DNA of 63,986 nt, counting the filler, from Octopus bimaculoides (lineage: Eukaryota): assembly GCF_001194135.2 (NCBI RefSeq). It is 6 parts of 5 records of this genome, joined end to end, with 100 filler letters (N's around TTAATTAATTAA, not from the genome) between each part and the next. Parts side by side here need not be neighbours in the genome. Positions count along the whole stretch, not along the records: positions 9,440 to 33,037 come from NC_068993.1; 5 more parts are not named here. One strand, given 5' to 3'. The position numbers were made by a program, and so were the translations under genes. Positions 13,640 to 24,453 of the stretch are shown piece after piece (position 1 is the stretch's first letter; each line of letters opens with the position of its first letter). The notes beneath the pieces are model-generated. The model saw only the letters and a list, made by a program, of their open reading frames with translations, did no database searches and was not told where the DNA came from.

Positions 13640-15975
13640 GTACACAATTTTAGGGCAACAACCATCAATGTTGGCACAATGAAGGGGAGATCTAATGAGA
13701 TTACCGGAATGATGGTGCATCACCAGGTAGCTGTGCATGGTGTGCAAGAAGTTAATTGGAAAGGGGCCTCTGCTAGATTCCTCAGAGGTAAGAAACAGTG
13801 GTTCAAATTCTACTGACGGAGTGGGTGGTGTGGGGATACTCTTAGCAGAAAAGTGGGTAGATAAGGTAATTGAGGTAACCAGAGCATATGATAGGGTTTA
13901 TTAAGTTGAGACTTATCATAGATTAACAGTTACATTTATCTCTGCCTATGCTCCACAAGCTGGCTTGGTTGATGACCAGGAGGACCAATTCTATGAGGTC
14001 CTTCTGCAGACAACCTCAACGACAAATGACAGGGACTTAGTTATTGTAGCTGATGACTTTAATGGTCATGTTAGGCAGCATTCATGGTGGTTATGGCTTT
14101 GGCCCCAAGAACAAGGGGAGAATAAGGCTACTGGAGTTCTGTGATGCAAATTATCTCAAGATCTGCAACACTGACTTCAGAAAACCATCTATCCACCTAA
14201 TCACTTATCAGTGTGGTGGGAACATAAGCCAGGTAGATTACCTCCTCACCAGGCAACAAAAAAGATTGATGCTCACAAATGTGAAGTCTTTCCCAGGTGA
14301 AGATTGTATATCCAAACATAGGCTACTAGTTAATGACTTCAGAACTAGGACTAGAGAGACTCAGAGAAGTAAACCATACTGGAAAAGAAGATTACGGAAA
14401 CTCAGAGATCCAGCAAACCAACAAAAATTTAGAGACATTCTACTGAAAGTCTATGATGATAGAGAAGAGGAGGAAGGGACATACAGCTTAGAGGACAACC
14501 AGAAGTTCCTGTGGGACAATTTACTAGGTGCTGCTGACCAAATCTGTGGCTGGTGCAAAGTCCTAGCTAGGCTAAGCGTGAAACAGTGGTGGATCAAGGA
14601 GGTAGACAGCATTATAAAAGCAAAGAGACAGGCCTAGAAAGACTGAGAAAATGGTGGTAGCAGAGACAGTCGCAAGAAAAGTATTTGGCCAAAAGTAAAC
14701 CATTGTACTTAGCTTTCATTGACCAGGAAAAAGCTTTTGACAGGGTTCCCCGCTCTCATATCTGGTGGTCTCTTAGGAATTTAGGAATAGCTTTTTCGAG
14801 CTGTGCAAGCCATTTACAGCAATGCAGTCAGTAAGGTGAGAGTTGGTTTTGAATACAGTGATGAATTTAGCATACAAGTTGGAGTTCACCAGAGATTAGA
14901 GTTCTTAGTCAACACTTATTTGTCATGGTTCTCCAGGCTATGACAGAAGAATTCAAAACTGGATACCCATGGAAACTGCTATATGCTGATGACCTCACTC
15001 TTATTGCAGAATCAGAAACAGAATTGGAAAGGAAGTTCCAGGTTTGGAAGTAAAACCTGGAATCAAAGGGACTTAAAGTTAACATAGCAAAGACTAAAGT
15101 TGTTGTTAGCAAGAAGGCAGATAAAACTCTCTTTCTGTCAGGTAAATGGTCCTGCTCAATATGTAGGAAGGGAGTTGGAAGTAATTCCATTTACTGCACC
15201 CAGTTAAGCTATGGATGTATAAAAGATGCAGTGAAATTGCAGGTAGGTTAACAGACAAAGTCGCTTTTATAGGAAAGTGGGTTATACATCATTAGATGTA
15301 CACCTGACTTTCCTATATTAAATTAAGAATTGAACGGAACGCTGAACTCCAAACTATCAACATAAACAATATTTATTTAAGGTGGAAAATATACATCTTT
15401 AATCTTGTTTGTTGAGACGTCTTCGGTGTGTGAGAACATGGTTGTTGGGACGTTGGTATGTTGATGTGAGCTGTCTAGCGTGAGTTCGAAAGATGGAGAG
15501 ACAGCTAGACACGTCCTTGCTCAATCGCTGGCCAGCAAGAAAGAGATCGATCAAAGCGGGAAAGATTGGTTGTTGAATTCCACGCATGCGTGAGACTACG
15601 CATGTGCACGGCGTTACTACACTTTCATATTAACAGATAAGGTTGATGTGCAGGAACAATAAGCACGAAGAGCACAAGAAACTTAGACTCCCTGAAATGC
15701 CGAGGTAGTAGATAGTTTCTGCTACTTAGGTTACCAAATTAATAATGGTGATGTTCTGAAAGTATAGTTTCTAGAATAAGAAGAGGATGGAGTAAGTTCA
15801 GAGAGCTACTACCGCTGTTGACAACAAAAAGATTCTCTCTCAGTGAAAAGTAAATTGTATGATGCTTGTGTATGAATGGCTATACTCCATCATAGTGAGA
15901 CATGGTCTCTGAATGCAGAGGACATGCGTAGACTGGAGAGGAATGAAGGTAGTATGCTCCATCGGATTTGCAACA
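13640..15975 (+). mobile_element. RTE-clade LINE, decayed (AP endonuclease + RT, internal deletion), interrupted by a solo LTR
   Basis: INVGTMKGRS, VQEV.WKG, AYAPQ, DDFNGHV, LYLAFIDQEKAFDRVP, LLYADD (14982-14993); multiple stops. Confidence 0.92.
15268..15621 (-). mobile_element. Solo LTR (Gypsy-like) with TG...TA ends and 4-bp TSD
   Basis: Interrupts the RTE. Minus strand 5'-TGTAGT...TTCCTATA-3'; CTTT duplicated at 15264-15267 and 15622-15625; AATAAA on the minus strand (15372-15377). Confidence 0.7.
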
Positions 15976-16049
15976 ATCACGTGCTCAACATATAATATAG
16001 AGAGTAAGAGTAAAAGAGGGAGAGAGAGAGAGAGAGAAGGTGATACATA

Positions 16050-16730
16050 AACCCTAATCCTAACACCCTAGTGAAAATCGTGGTATATTTACCAAACATT
16101 GACGAACATGAGTTATATTGTAGTGAATGTTTTGTGAGAGAGAAGAGGGATAGAGAGGGACAGAAAGGAATAGAGAACGAGAGCAATGAAGAGAGAGGAG
16201 GGAGAACGGAAGACAGTTATAAAATAGCAATGCATGCGCGTGTTTATATAAGAAACACAGAAACTAAATCTTATATCTATAATGTTGATATGTGTATGTG
16301 CTTATGTGTATGTTGTTGTCACAGATCACGTATGTGTGGTTATGTGTGTTTTTACGTATGTATGTTATGAAAAATAGGTAAAAAATACTCAGAGGAAATT
16401 TTAATCTATGACTTTGTATGTATCACTTTCTCTCTCTCTCCCTCTTTTACTTTTACTCTCTATATTATATGTTGAGCACGTGATCGATGTGTAAGAACGC
16501 CGCTACAGGTAGAAGGGAAGAAATATAAAAGTTGCTAGAAACAACAGCCAAATCTCCCTTAAATCACACAAAGTAAAACGGAATTTAAAAAATCTAATTA
16601 CTGCACTGGAAAGTTCACATCGAGAAAATTCCATTGATGTAAAATTTTTTACGAAAAAGTGGAAAATGTGGATTTCTATAAACTTTTAAAAAGGCTTCAC
16701 ACAGACACACATCTTCACGTTTATTATATA
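16050..16730 (-). mobile_element. Non-autonomous Helitron-like element, copy A (5' part, truncated)
   Basis: Closely similar to 17470-18336. Its 5' TC end is restored if copy B is removed (ATCTTATATATAATAAACGTGAAG on minus). Confidence 0.6.
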
Positions 16731-18341
16731 CTATCAGTATAACCCGACCTTGTCCGGGTGTGACTTATTACGCCATCTATGATAAGTCTTGATAGGTGAA
16801 AATCAACTAAAAAAGAAANNNNNNNNNNNNNNNNNNNNNNNNNNNNNNNNNNNNNNNNNNNNNNNNNNNNNNNNNNNNNNNNNNNNNNNNNNNNNNNNNN
16901 NNNNNNNNNNNNNNNNNNNNNNNNNNNNNNNNNNNNNNNNNNNNNNNNNNNNNNNNNNNNNNNNNNNNNNNNNNNNNNNNNNNNNNNNGCTAGGACAGCA
17001 ATTTGTGATGAAGCAATTGCTGGCGATCTGTTGCTACACAGTTTTGCCAGAATTCTATCAGATTGGGCAGATGTTGATGCACCAGTTTGCATTATGTTCA
17101 AAGTAGCTTCTGGAATGTGGTGAATTGGTGCAGTCTGTTGCTGTCATTTTAAACCGGTTGCTTTCTTTCCCCAGCAAACTCTCTTCTTTGGAGGCATAAT
17201 CTATGTGTATATTAAACAGAACAACAAAAGTTATAATAGATGGCAGGGTAGGTACTTTTCACATTTCTGTAATTTTTCAGATTAACACTCGCACGATTAC
17301 CCAACCCTAACCCTAAACCTAACCCTAACACTAGCCCTAAACCCTAACCCTAACCCTAAAACCCTAACCCTGAATCTAAAACCGTAACCGTAACACTAAC
17401 CCTAATCCTAACCCTAACCGTAACCCTAACCATAACCATAAAACCCTAACCCTGACCCTAAACGCTAACCCTAACACCCTAGTGAAAATCGTTGTATATT
17501 TACAAAACATTGACGAACATGAGTTATATTTTAGTGAATGATTGTGTACTTGCACATGTATGCATTTGAGAGAGCGAGAGAGGAAGAGGTAGAGAGAGGG
17601 GGAGAAAGGAATAGAGAATGGGAGCAATGAAAAGAGAGGAAGGGAGAACGGAAGACAGTTATAAAATAGCAATGTGTGCACGTGTTTATATAAGAAAGAC
17701 ACAGAAACTAAATCTTATATGTATAATGTTGATGTGTGTATGTGTTTCTGTGTATGTTGTTGTCACAGATCACATATGTGTGGTTGTGTGTTTTTACATT
17801 TCTATGTTATGAAAAATATGTTAGAGGNNNNNNNNNNNNNNNNNNNNNNNNNNNNNNNNNNNNNNNNNNNNNNNNNNNNNNNNNNNNNNNNNNNNNNNNN
17901 NNNNNNNNNNNNNNNNNNNNNNNNNNNNNNNNNNNNNNNNNNNNNNNNNNNNNNNNNNNNNNNNNNNNNNNNNNNNNNNNNNNNNNNNNNNNNNNNNNNN
18001 NNNNNNNNNNNNNNNNNNNNNNNNNNNNNNNNNNNNNNNNNNNNNNNNNNNTCTCCCTCTCTCATTCTTACTCTCTATATTTTATGTTGAGCGCGTGATC
18101 GATGAACGCCGCTACAGGTAGAAGGGAAGAAATATAAACGTTGCTAGAAACAACAGCCAAATCTCCCTTAAATCACACAAAGTAAACGGAATTTTAAAAA
18201 TCTAATTACTGCACTGGAAAGTTCACATCGAGAAAATTCCATTGATGCAAAAATTTTTACAAAAAAGGGGAAAATGTGGATTTCTATAAACTTTTAAAAA
18301 GGCTTCACACAGACACACAACTTCACATTTATTATAATAGA
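16731..18341 (-). mobile_element. Non-autonomous Helitron-like element, copy B
   Basis: Minus strand starts A|TCTATTATAATAAATGTGAAG and ends with hairpin ACCCGGACAAGGTCGGGT then ...CTGATAG|T (consensus CTAG|T); inserted between A and T with no TSD. Confidence 0.65.
17303..17475 (+). repeat. Degenerate interstitial telomere-like (TAACCC)n tract inside the Helitron-like element
   Basis: Many CCCTAA units and variants (CCGTAA, CCATAA, CCTGAC). Confidence 0.85.
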
Positions 18342-18399
18342 TAAGATATGATAAGATAAGATAAGATAAGATTGACTGTGTGATGTACTAAAGAACTAT

Positions 18400-18950
18400 T
18401 CTCGTTACCTCACATCGCATGGTCATTACAATGCATTTTCAATAAGTGCTATGCATAGAGCTTTGATTGCATGTAGCAAGATCTCTCAGGAAAGAGATTC
18501 TTGTTTCAAGTTGTGTGCAACAGACCTCCTATGTTAAAAAGAAATGTTTGTGTAACATCTGTGTTGGTGTTAGTGGTGGCCATCCTGTATCTGTTGACTG
18601 TGATGGCCTTGTGTGTTGGTGAGGGTGGGTCCAAGTTTGTGTTTGATGTAGCCAGGTCAGCCACTGCACAATCTTTTGTGCTTTGCACAAAAAAGAATTT
18701 TGTTCAACTACTGTTCTTTTCACCTCTGAGTGAGGCTGGCTATTTGTTGGAGCATACACTACATCTGCATATCATTTATGAAGAGTAGACAGTATGCAAC
18801 TTTTTCTTCTTTGGTGCCTTTATTTTTGTCCACTTCCTGGAAAGGAATTTTGTTTTAGGACCATGCAGTTTTGGCAGGGCTTCTAGTGTGCAAAACAGTA
18901 GTTTGCACCATCATCACTGTGCCAGCAGTTCCCTTGCAGGTAAAATCTGC
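18400..18950 (-). mobile_element. Possible decayed LINE ORF1/endonuclease junction
   Basis: Minus frames give Cys/His-like remnants and ...TQTFLFNIGGLL..., reminiscent of CR1/L2 ORF2 starts; heavily decayed. Confidence 0.25.
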
Positions 18951-19268
18951 ATATGTTTCTGCTTTTGCATTTATTTTTGTACTTTGTACATATATATCAC
19001 AATATATGAATTCAACTAATCCGGTGGTACTCATAAAAAAAGCTCCTTAATGTATCATTCCACAAAACATATAGAATATATAGTGCAATACAAGAGAAAA
19101 CCATAAGGAATGTATAAAGTTATAAATGACAAGAGAAATAGTACAATGAAATTTATTTCATTAGAAAATTTGTATATCACAAAAAAATTATTTTTTAACT
19201 TAAAGCATGTAAAAATAATTTATTGTATTATATTTAGTAATGAATAAATTACTTACATGTCAGCATTA

Positions 19269-20528
19269 CAGGGTGCACGATAAAGAGTTCCTGATTATTT
19301 AAATAAGTTTATTTTATTGAATTTAGTTTGAAAGTGCACAAAAATAATTAAAATGCACTACTCAACATTCAATTTCTCATGTACTACTCCACTGTTTGTT
19401 TACATTCAGTGAGTAAAATGTTTCAATATGGCAGCTAACTGATGAAGTGAGATTGTAGCTCTGAAAAAAGCAGGACATAGCACCAAAGACGTGATTTCAA
19501 AACAGTTTGTAACGTCATGAAATACTACAGTGAGACAGGTTCAGTCGACAGCAAGCCCATTCTAAGTTGAAAAGAATCCATAAGGACGAAGCAATTGGTG
19601 TATGTCATCTGAAAGAGAGTGTTGTGAAATCCATGGCAAAGTATGAGGCAAATGGCTAAAAGTCTTGATATCTCCCAGACAGCCATGTGACAGTTCATGT
19701 ATGAAGACTTAAATTGTTTAGTCATTAAAATTACATCAAGGCATAATTTTGGCTGCTTCCAAAGTAAAGCAACTGGACAGGTACAAGAAAGTGGTGGAGG
19801 AGATTCAGAGCACTGGTGACAATGTCTTCATTTGGTCAGACAAAAAGATATTCACTATGGAGACTGTAGTGAACACCCAGAATGACAATTTGGGCCCAAG
19901 GTCAGATGTTGTTTCCAAAGGTGCCCATAAGATGTTTTGAAGAATGAAACCCGCCAGAATGATGGTTTAGGCAGTAGTGTCATCCAATGGTAGAAAATCT
20001 CCTCTTGGTGTTCATTAAAGAAGGTACAAAGGTCAATTTGGCAATTTATGTGAAAATGTTGGAGGATAATATTTTGCTGTGGGTGACCAAAGCATTTGGA
20101 TATAATTATGTGTTCATGCAAGACAGCGCTCCTTCTCACACATCCAGTGTAACATAGCAGTGGCGTAGGAGCCATTTCAGCAGGTTCTGAGACAAGAATG
20201 TGTGCCTCACCCCACTCCAACCCAGACATCAACCCTATGGATTTTGCTATTTGGGCCATTCTAGAAAGTAACATATCAAGACTTTCTTACAAAAATATCA
20301 GCACTCTGAAGAAAGCCTTAGTCATGTCATAGGAATGTTTAAGTGAAGAAGTTGTCTAGCATTCCAGTACTCTATTCTCAGCCATCTTTGGGCAATTGTG
20401 AAGGCTAAAGGTGAACATATTGAATGAAACATATCTTAATGTGGTACAGGACCATATTTGTGTGTTTTTATACCCTTTACTAAAAATAATGACAAAAATT
20501 AATCAGTAATTCTTTAAAGTACACCCTG
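19269..20528 (+). mobile_element. Full-length, inactivated Tc1/mariner transposon, probably maT (DD37D)
   Basis: 28-bp imperfect TIRs (CAGGGTGCACGATAAAGAGTTCCTGATT / CAGGGTGTACTTTAAAGAATTACTGATT), TA on both sides; motifs VFIWSDKKIFT, FMQDSAPSH, PDINPMDF with stops and frameshifts. Confidence 0.9.
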
Positions 20529-20639
20529 TAATACAAATAATCCTTTAAAACAATGCAGAAATTAAGCTACATCTTCAGTTGAATGAAAAATCTTCGTTAT
20601 ATACTAAATTCTTGATGTAACATTTCAAGAACACAAAGT

Positions 20640-23600
20640 CAATATTCAAATAGAACATTGAATGGAGACGTGTAGATTTGTACTGCATCCAAGAAGTATG
20701 GCGGAGAGGAAGTTCTGCTAAGTTCCTGACAGGCAATGAACATAGGTATAAGATTTTCTGTGTAGGGAACACTGATGGCGTTGGAGGCATGGGTATACTC
20801 CTTGTGCAGAAATGGATTGATAAGGTAATCGAGGTAGTCGGAGTCTGTCATAGAATACTTAAGCTTAGACTAGTGCTACAACATGGATAAGCAGCCATTA
20901 TCTTGGCCTATGCCCCTCAGCCAGGGTTACTTGATGAACAGAAAGACCAATTTTATTACACCTTCTTGCAGACTACCTTGTTGAAGAATGACAGGGAACT
21001 TCTCTTTGTGGCTGGTGACTTCAATGGGCATGGTGGACAACATCCAAGAAGCTTCCATGGTGTACATGATGGCAAAGGATTTGGTTCCTGCATTGAGGAG
21101 GGAACCAGGCTGCTGCAGTTCTGTGATGCAAATGATCTCACAATCTATAATACTCACTTCAGGAAACTTGCCAGTCACCTGTTCACCTTCCAGTCTGGTG
21201 GGCACACTAATCAGATTGACTACATTCTCCCCAGGAAACAGGCAAGATGGCTACTTATAAATGTTAAAACATTCTAAGGTGAAGCATGCACCCCACAAAA
21301 TAGGTTAGCTGTTAGTGACTTCAGGATCAGGGCTAAATGGTTGCCCAGAAGATGACAAGCATGGAAAAAAAAGGTCTGGAAGCTTAAGGATCCTCTGAAT
21401 GGACAATGATTTAGAGACGTATTACTTGAAGCTTTTGATGAAAAAGAGGAGGATATAGCATCACATAATGTGGAGGACAACTGGAGGTTCCTATGGGACA
21501 ACCTGTTGAGGGATACTGACCAGATCTGTGGCTGGTGTAAAGTCCCCTCTCGACCTAAGGTAACGTGGTGTTGGAACAATCTAGTTGACAGGACCATTAG
21601 GGAAAAGAAACACGCATGGAAGGACTGGAAGTGTGGTGGTAGCAGGGAACTGTATTAGATCACCAGAAGGGAAGCTAGGAGACAGGTTTACTTAGCCGGA
21701 GGGGAAGCAGATAAAAAGAAATTTGCCAATGTTCTGCGTTATGAAGACCAGAGACATGAAGTGCTTCGTATTCTAAGACAATGTGTGAGAGAGGAATCGT
21801 GATGTCATAGGAGAGAAATGTGTCCACATGGATAATGGGTTACCTGCATTTAATGAGGCTGCTGAGATAGAGACTATGAAAGGTTGCTAAATGAAGAGAA
21901 TGAATGAGAGAAAGAGAGTCTGCCAAATGTCGACCCAACAGAGCGACCATCTATCCAAATTGACAATACCTTGGTAGATAAAGCAATTAAGCGTATGAAG
22001 ACGGGGAAAGTCCTCGGCCCATCAGGAATCACTGCTGATATGCTAAAACTATCTGGCAGTGTAGGCTTAAATTATCTGGTCATCTGTATAGTCAACCAGG
22101 TGATACATGAAGGAGTCATACCCAATGACTGATGTAGCAGCACCATGGTCAACTTCTATAAAGGTAAAGGTGATGTGTTAAATAAGAATAATTACAAAGG
22201 TATCAAGTTATTGGATCAGGTGATGAAAGTCACAGAGAGGGTCATAGCCCAACCAATTAGGGAATGAGTTAGGGAGTTGAGTTAGTGATGCACTTTGGGT
22301 TTATGCCAGGAAGAAGCACCACTGATGCTATATTTCTTCTAAGACAGCTACAGGAGAAATTCCTAGCCATAAAAGAACCTCTGTACTTGGCTTTCATTGA
22401 CATGGAAAAAGCCTTTGACAGGGGCCTTCGATCCCTTATCTGGTGGTCAATGTGGAAACTAGGGATAGATGAGTGCTTTGTGAGAGCTGTAAAAGCCATG
22501 TACAGGGATGCTGTCAGTAAGCTGAGGGTTGAGGAGTATAGTGAAGAATTCTGGGTAGAAGTAGAGGTTCACCAAGGATCACTCCTCAGCCCCCTCTTAT
22601 TTATCACAGTCCTCCAGGCAATAACAGAGGAATTCAAGACAGGCTGCCCCTGGGAGCTCCTCTATGCTGATGACCTTGCTCTCATAGCTAAGTCACTATC
22701 AGAACTAGTGGAGAAGTTTCAGATGTGGAAGCAAGGTTTAGAATTGAAGGGCCTTAGAATTAATCTAGCAAAAACCAAAGTCTTAATAAGTAGGAACACA
22801 GACAAATCACAAATCCCTTCAGGTAGATGGCCCTGCTCGATCAGTAGAAAAGGCGTAGGTAGAAACTCCATAAGATGTACCCAGTGTAAGCTATGAACAC
22901 ATAAGTGCAGCTATGTCAAAGAAGGTTAACTAGGAAGATAGTTTTTGTGTGTGGCAAATGCACAGTGGCAATAAACACTGAAAATGTGCAGAAAATAGAT
23001 TCCATCACATGCCAGGGGGAAACACTAGAAGTAGTTGACAGCTTCTGTTACCTAAGTGACCAAGTCAGTGGCAGTGGCGGAACATGGGCTGTGATGGCTG
23101 AGGACATGTGTAGACTTGAAAGAAATGAAGCTAGTATGCTCTGCTGGATGTATAATGTCAGTGTGCATACACAACAGAGTGTAAGCACCCTGAGAGAAAA
23201 ATTGGATATAAGAAGCATCAGATGTGGTGTGCAAGAAAGACAACTACTATGGTATGGTCATGTGTTACATATGGTTGAGGACAGCTGTGAAGAAGTGCCA
23301 CAACCTAACAGTGGAGGGAATCTGTGGAAGAGATAGACCCAGGAAGACATGGGATAAGGTGGTAAAGCAGAGGCAATGACAAGTGACAGAGAACTGTAGT
23401 GGCGTGTGTGGCCGCCATTTGGCTGCCATCTTCGTAAGTGCCATTGTGCATGTGCAAGGGATTTGCCGCCAGCTGAAGTATCCGAGCACACATGCGCAAT
23501 GCAACAGGTGGAGAAAAAAGCAATAGCATTCCTTCTCTTATTCATCCAGCCGGCGTCGTAACAAGATGTTCTTTCAAACTCTCCGACAACTCGGCACCGA

Positions 23601-24000
23601 CATGTGGTCGAAGCTTCCTTTGGTATTATAGTGGCATGCCTGTTCACCCAGGAACGAAACGGCTCTACACCAACCAGGAATAAATTATTGATCTGTTGTT
23701 ACCGTTATCCCTCGTGTTGTTGTATTTCTGAATTTAATAAATAAATATAAGAACTGGGGAGAGATGGCCGAGCCATCATATCTCATCCAACTCTTATAGA
23801 ACTTTGGAGATATGCTGTGCTTGAGAAGACTCGGCAAGTCAAGTGAGATCATAGCTGTGGCCGATGCCAGTGTCACATAATTGGCCCATTTAAAAGTACC
23901 CTTCAATCATTGGGCAATATGTGCTTGAGAATACCTGTTGAGTCAAGTGATATCGTAGTCATGGCTGATACCAGTGCCGCCTGTGCCAGTGGCACGTAAA
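20640..24000 (+). mobile_element. Near full-length decayed RTE-clade LINE (EN + RT + 3' UTR), split by a solo LTR at 23395-23798
   Basis: YCIQEVWRRG, AYAPQ, AGDFNGH, QIDYIL, HFGFMPGRSTTDAIF, AFIDMEKAFDR, HQGS.LSP, LLYADD; many stops. Confidence 0.95.
23395..23798 (+). mobile_element. Solo LTR (Gypsy-like) with TG...TA ends and 4-bp TSD
   Basis: 5'-TGTAGT...CTCTTATA-3'; GAAC duplicated at 23391-23394 and 23799-23802. Removing it restores the RTE sequence seen near 51510-51530. AATAAA at 23736. Confidence 0.75.
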
Positions 24001-24453
24001 AGTCAATTAGAATGTAGGTGTAATGGAGATATTGTACATAAATGGGTACATTCTGGAAAGGGGCTGCAATGGGAGATGGCAAAGAGGAAGTGTACTGTTG
24101 AAATGTTGCAGAAAGCAAAGGGTTGACATTGGATTGCCAGTGTGGCTGTTGAATAAAGAAACATAAACTGAGCCTATGCAGTCTCATGAAAGTATGTAGT
24201 AATGAACTGCATCAAAAGATAAGGTGTAATTAGCTTACTGCGTGGTTGGTGGGAGTAAAGGGAGAATATGCTTTGATACTGAATTCCATGCAGGAAACTG
24301 CTTTGTTGATGCAGTCTTCAGGTTTGTTGGTATTATGCCAAAATGGTATCCATCTTCACCAAGCAGTGAGACTGAACCTGGAACCATGTGGTTAGGAAGC
24401 AAGCTTCTTACCACACAGCCACTCTTGTACCTATTATATATATGTATATATAA

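Noticed and set aside
17303-17475. Chromosome end or true telomere
   Set aside because: Short, degenerate, internal to a mobile element and flanked by ordinary sequence on both sides.
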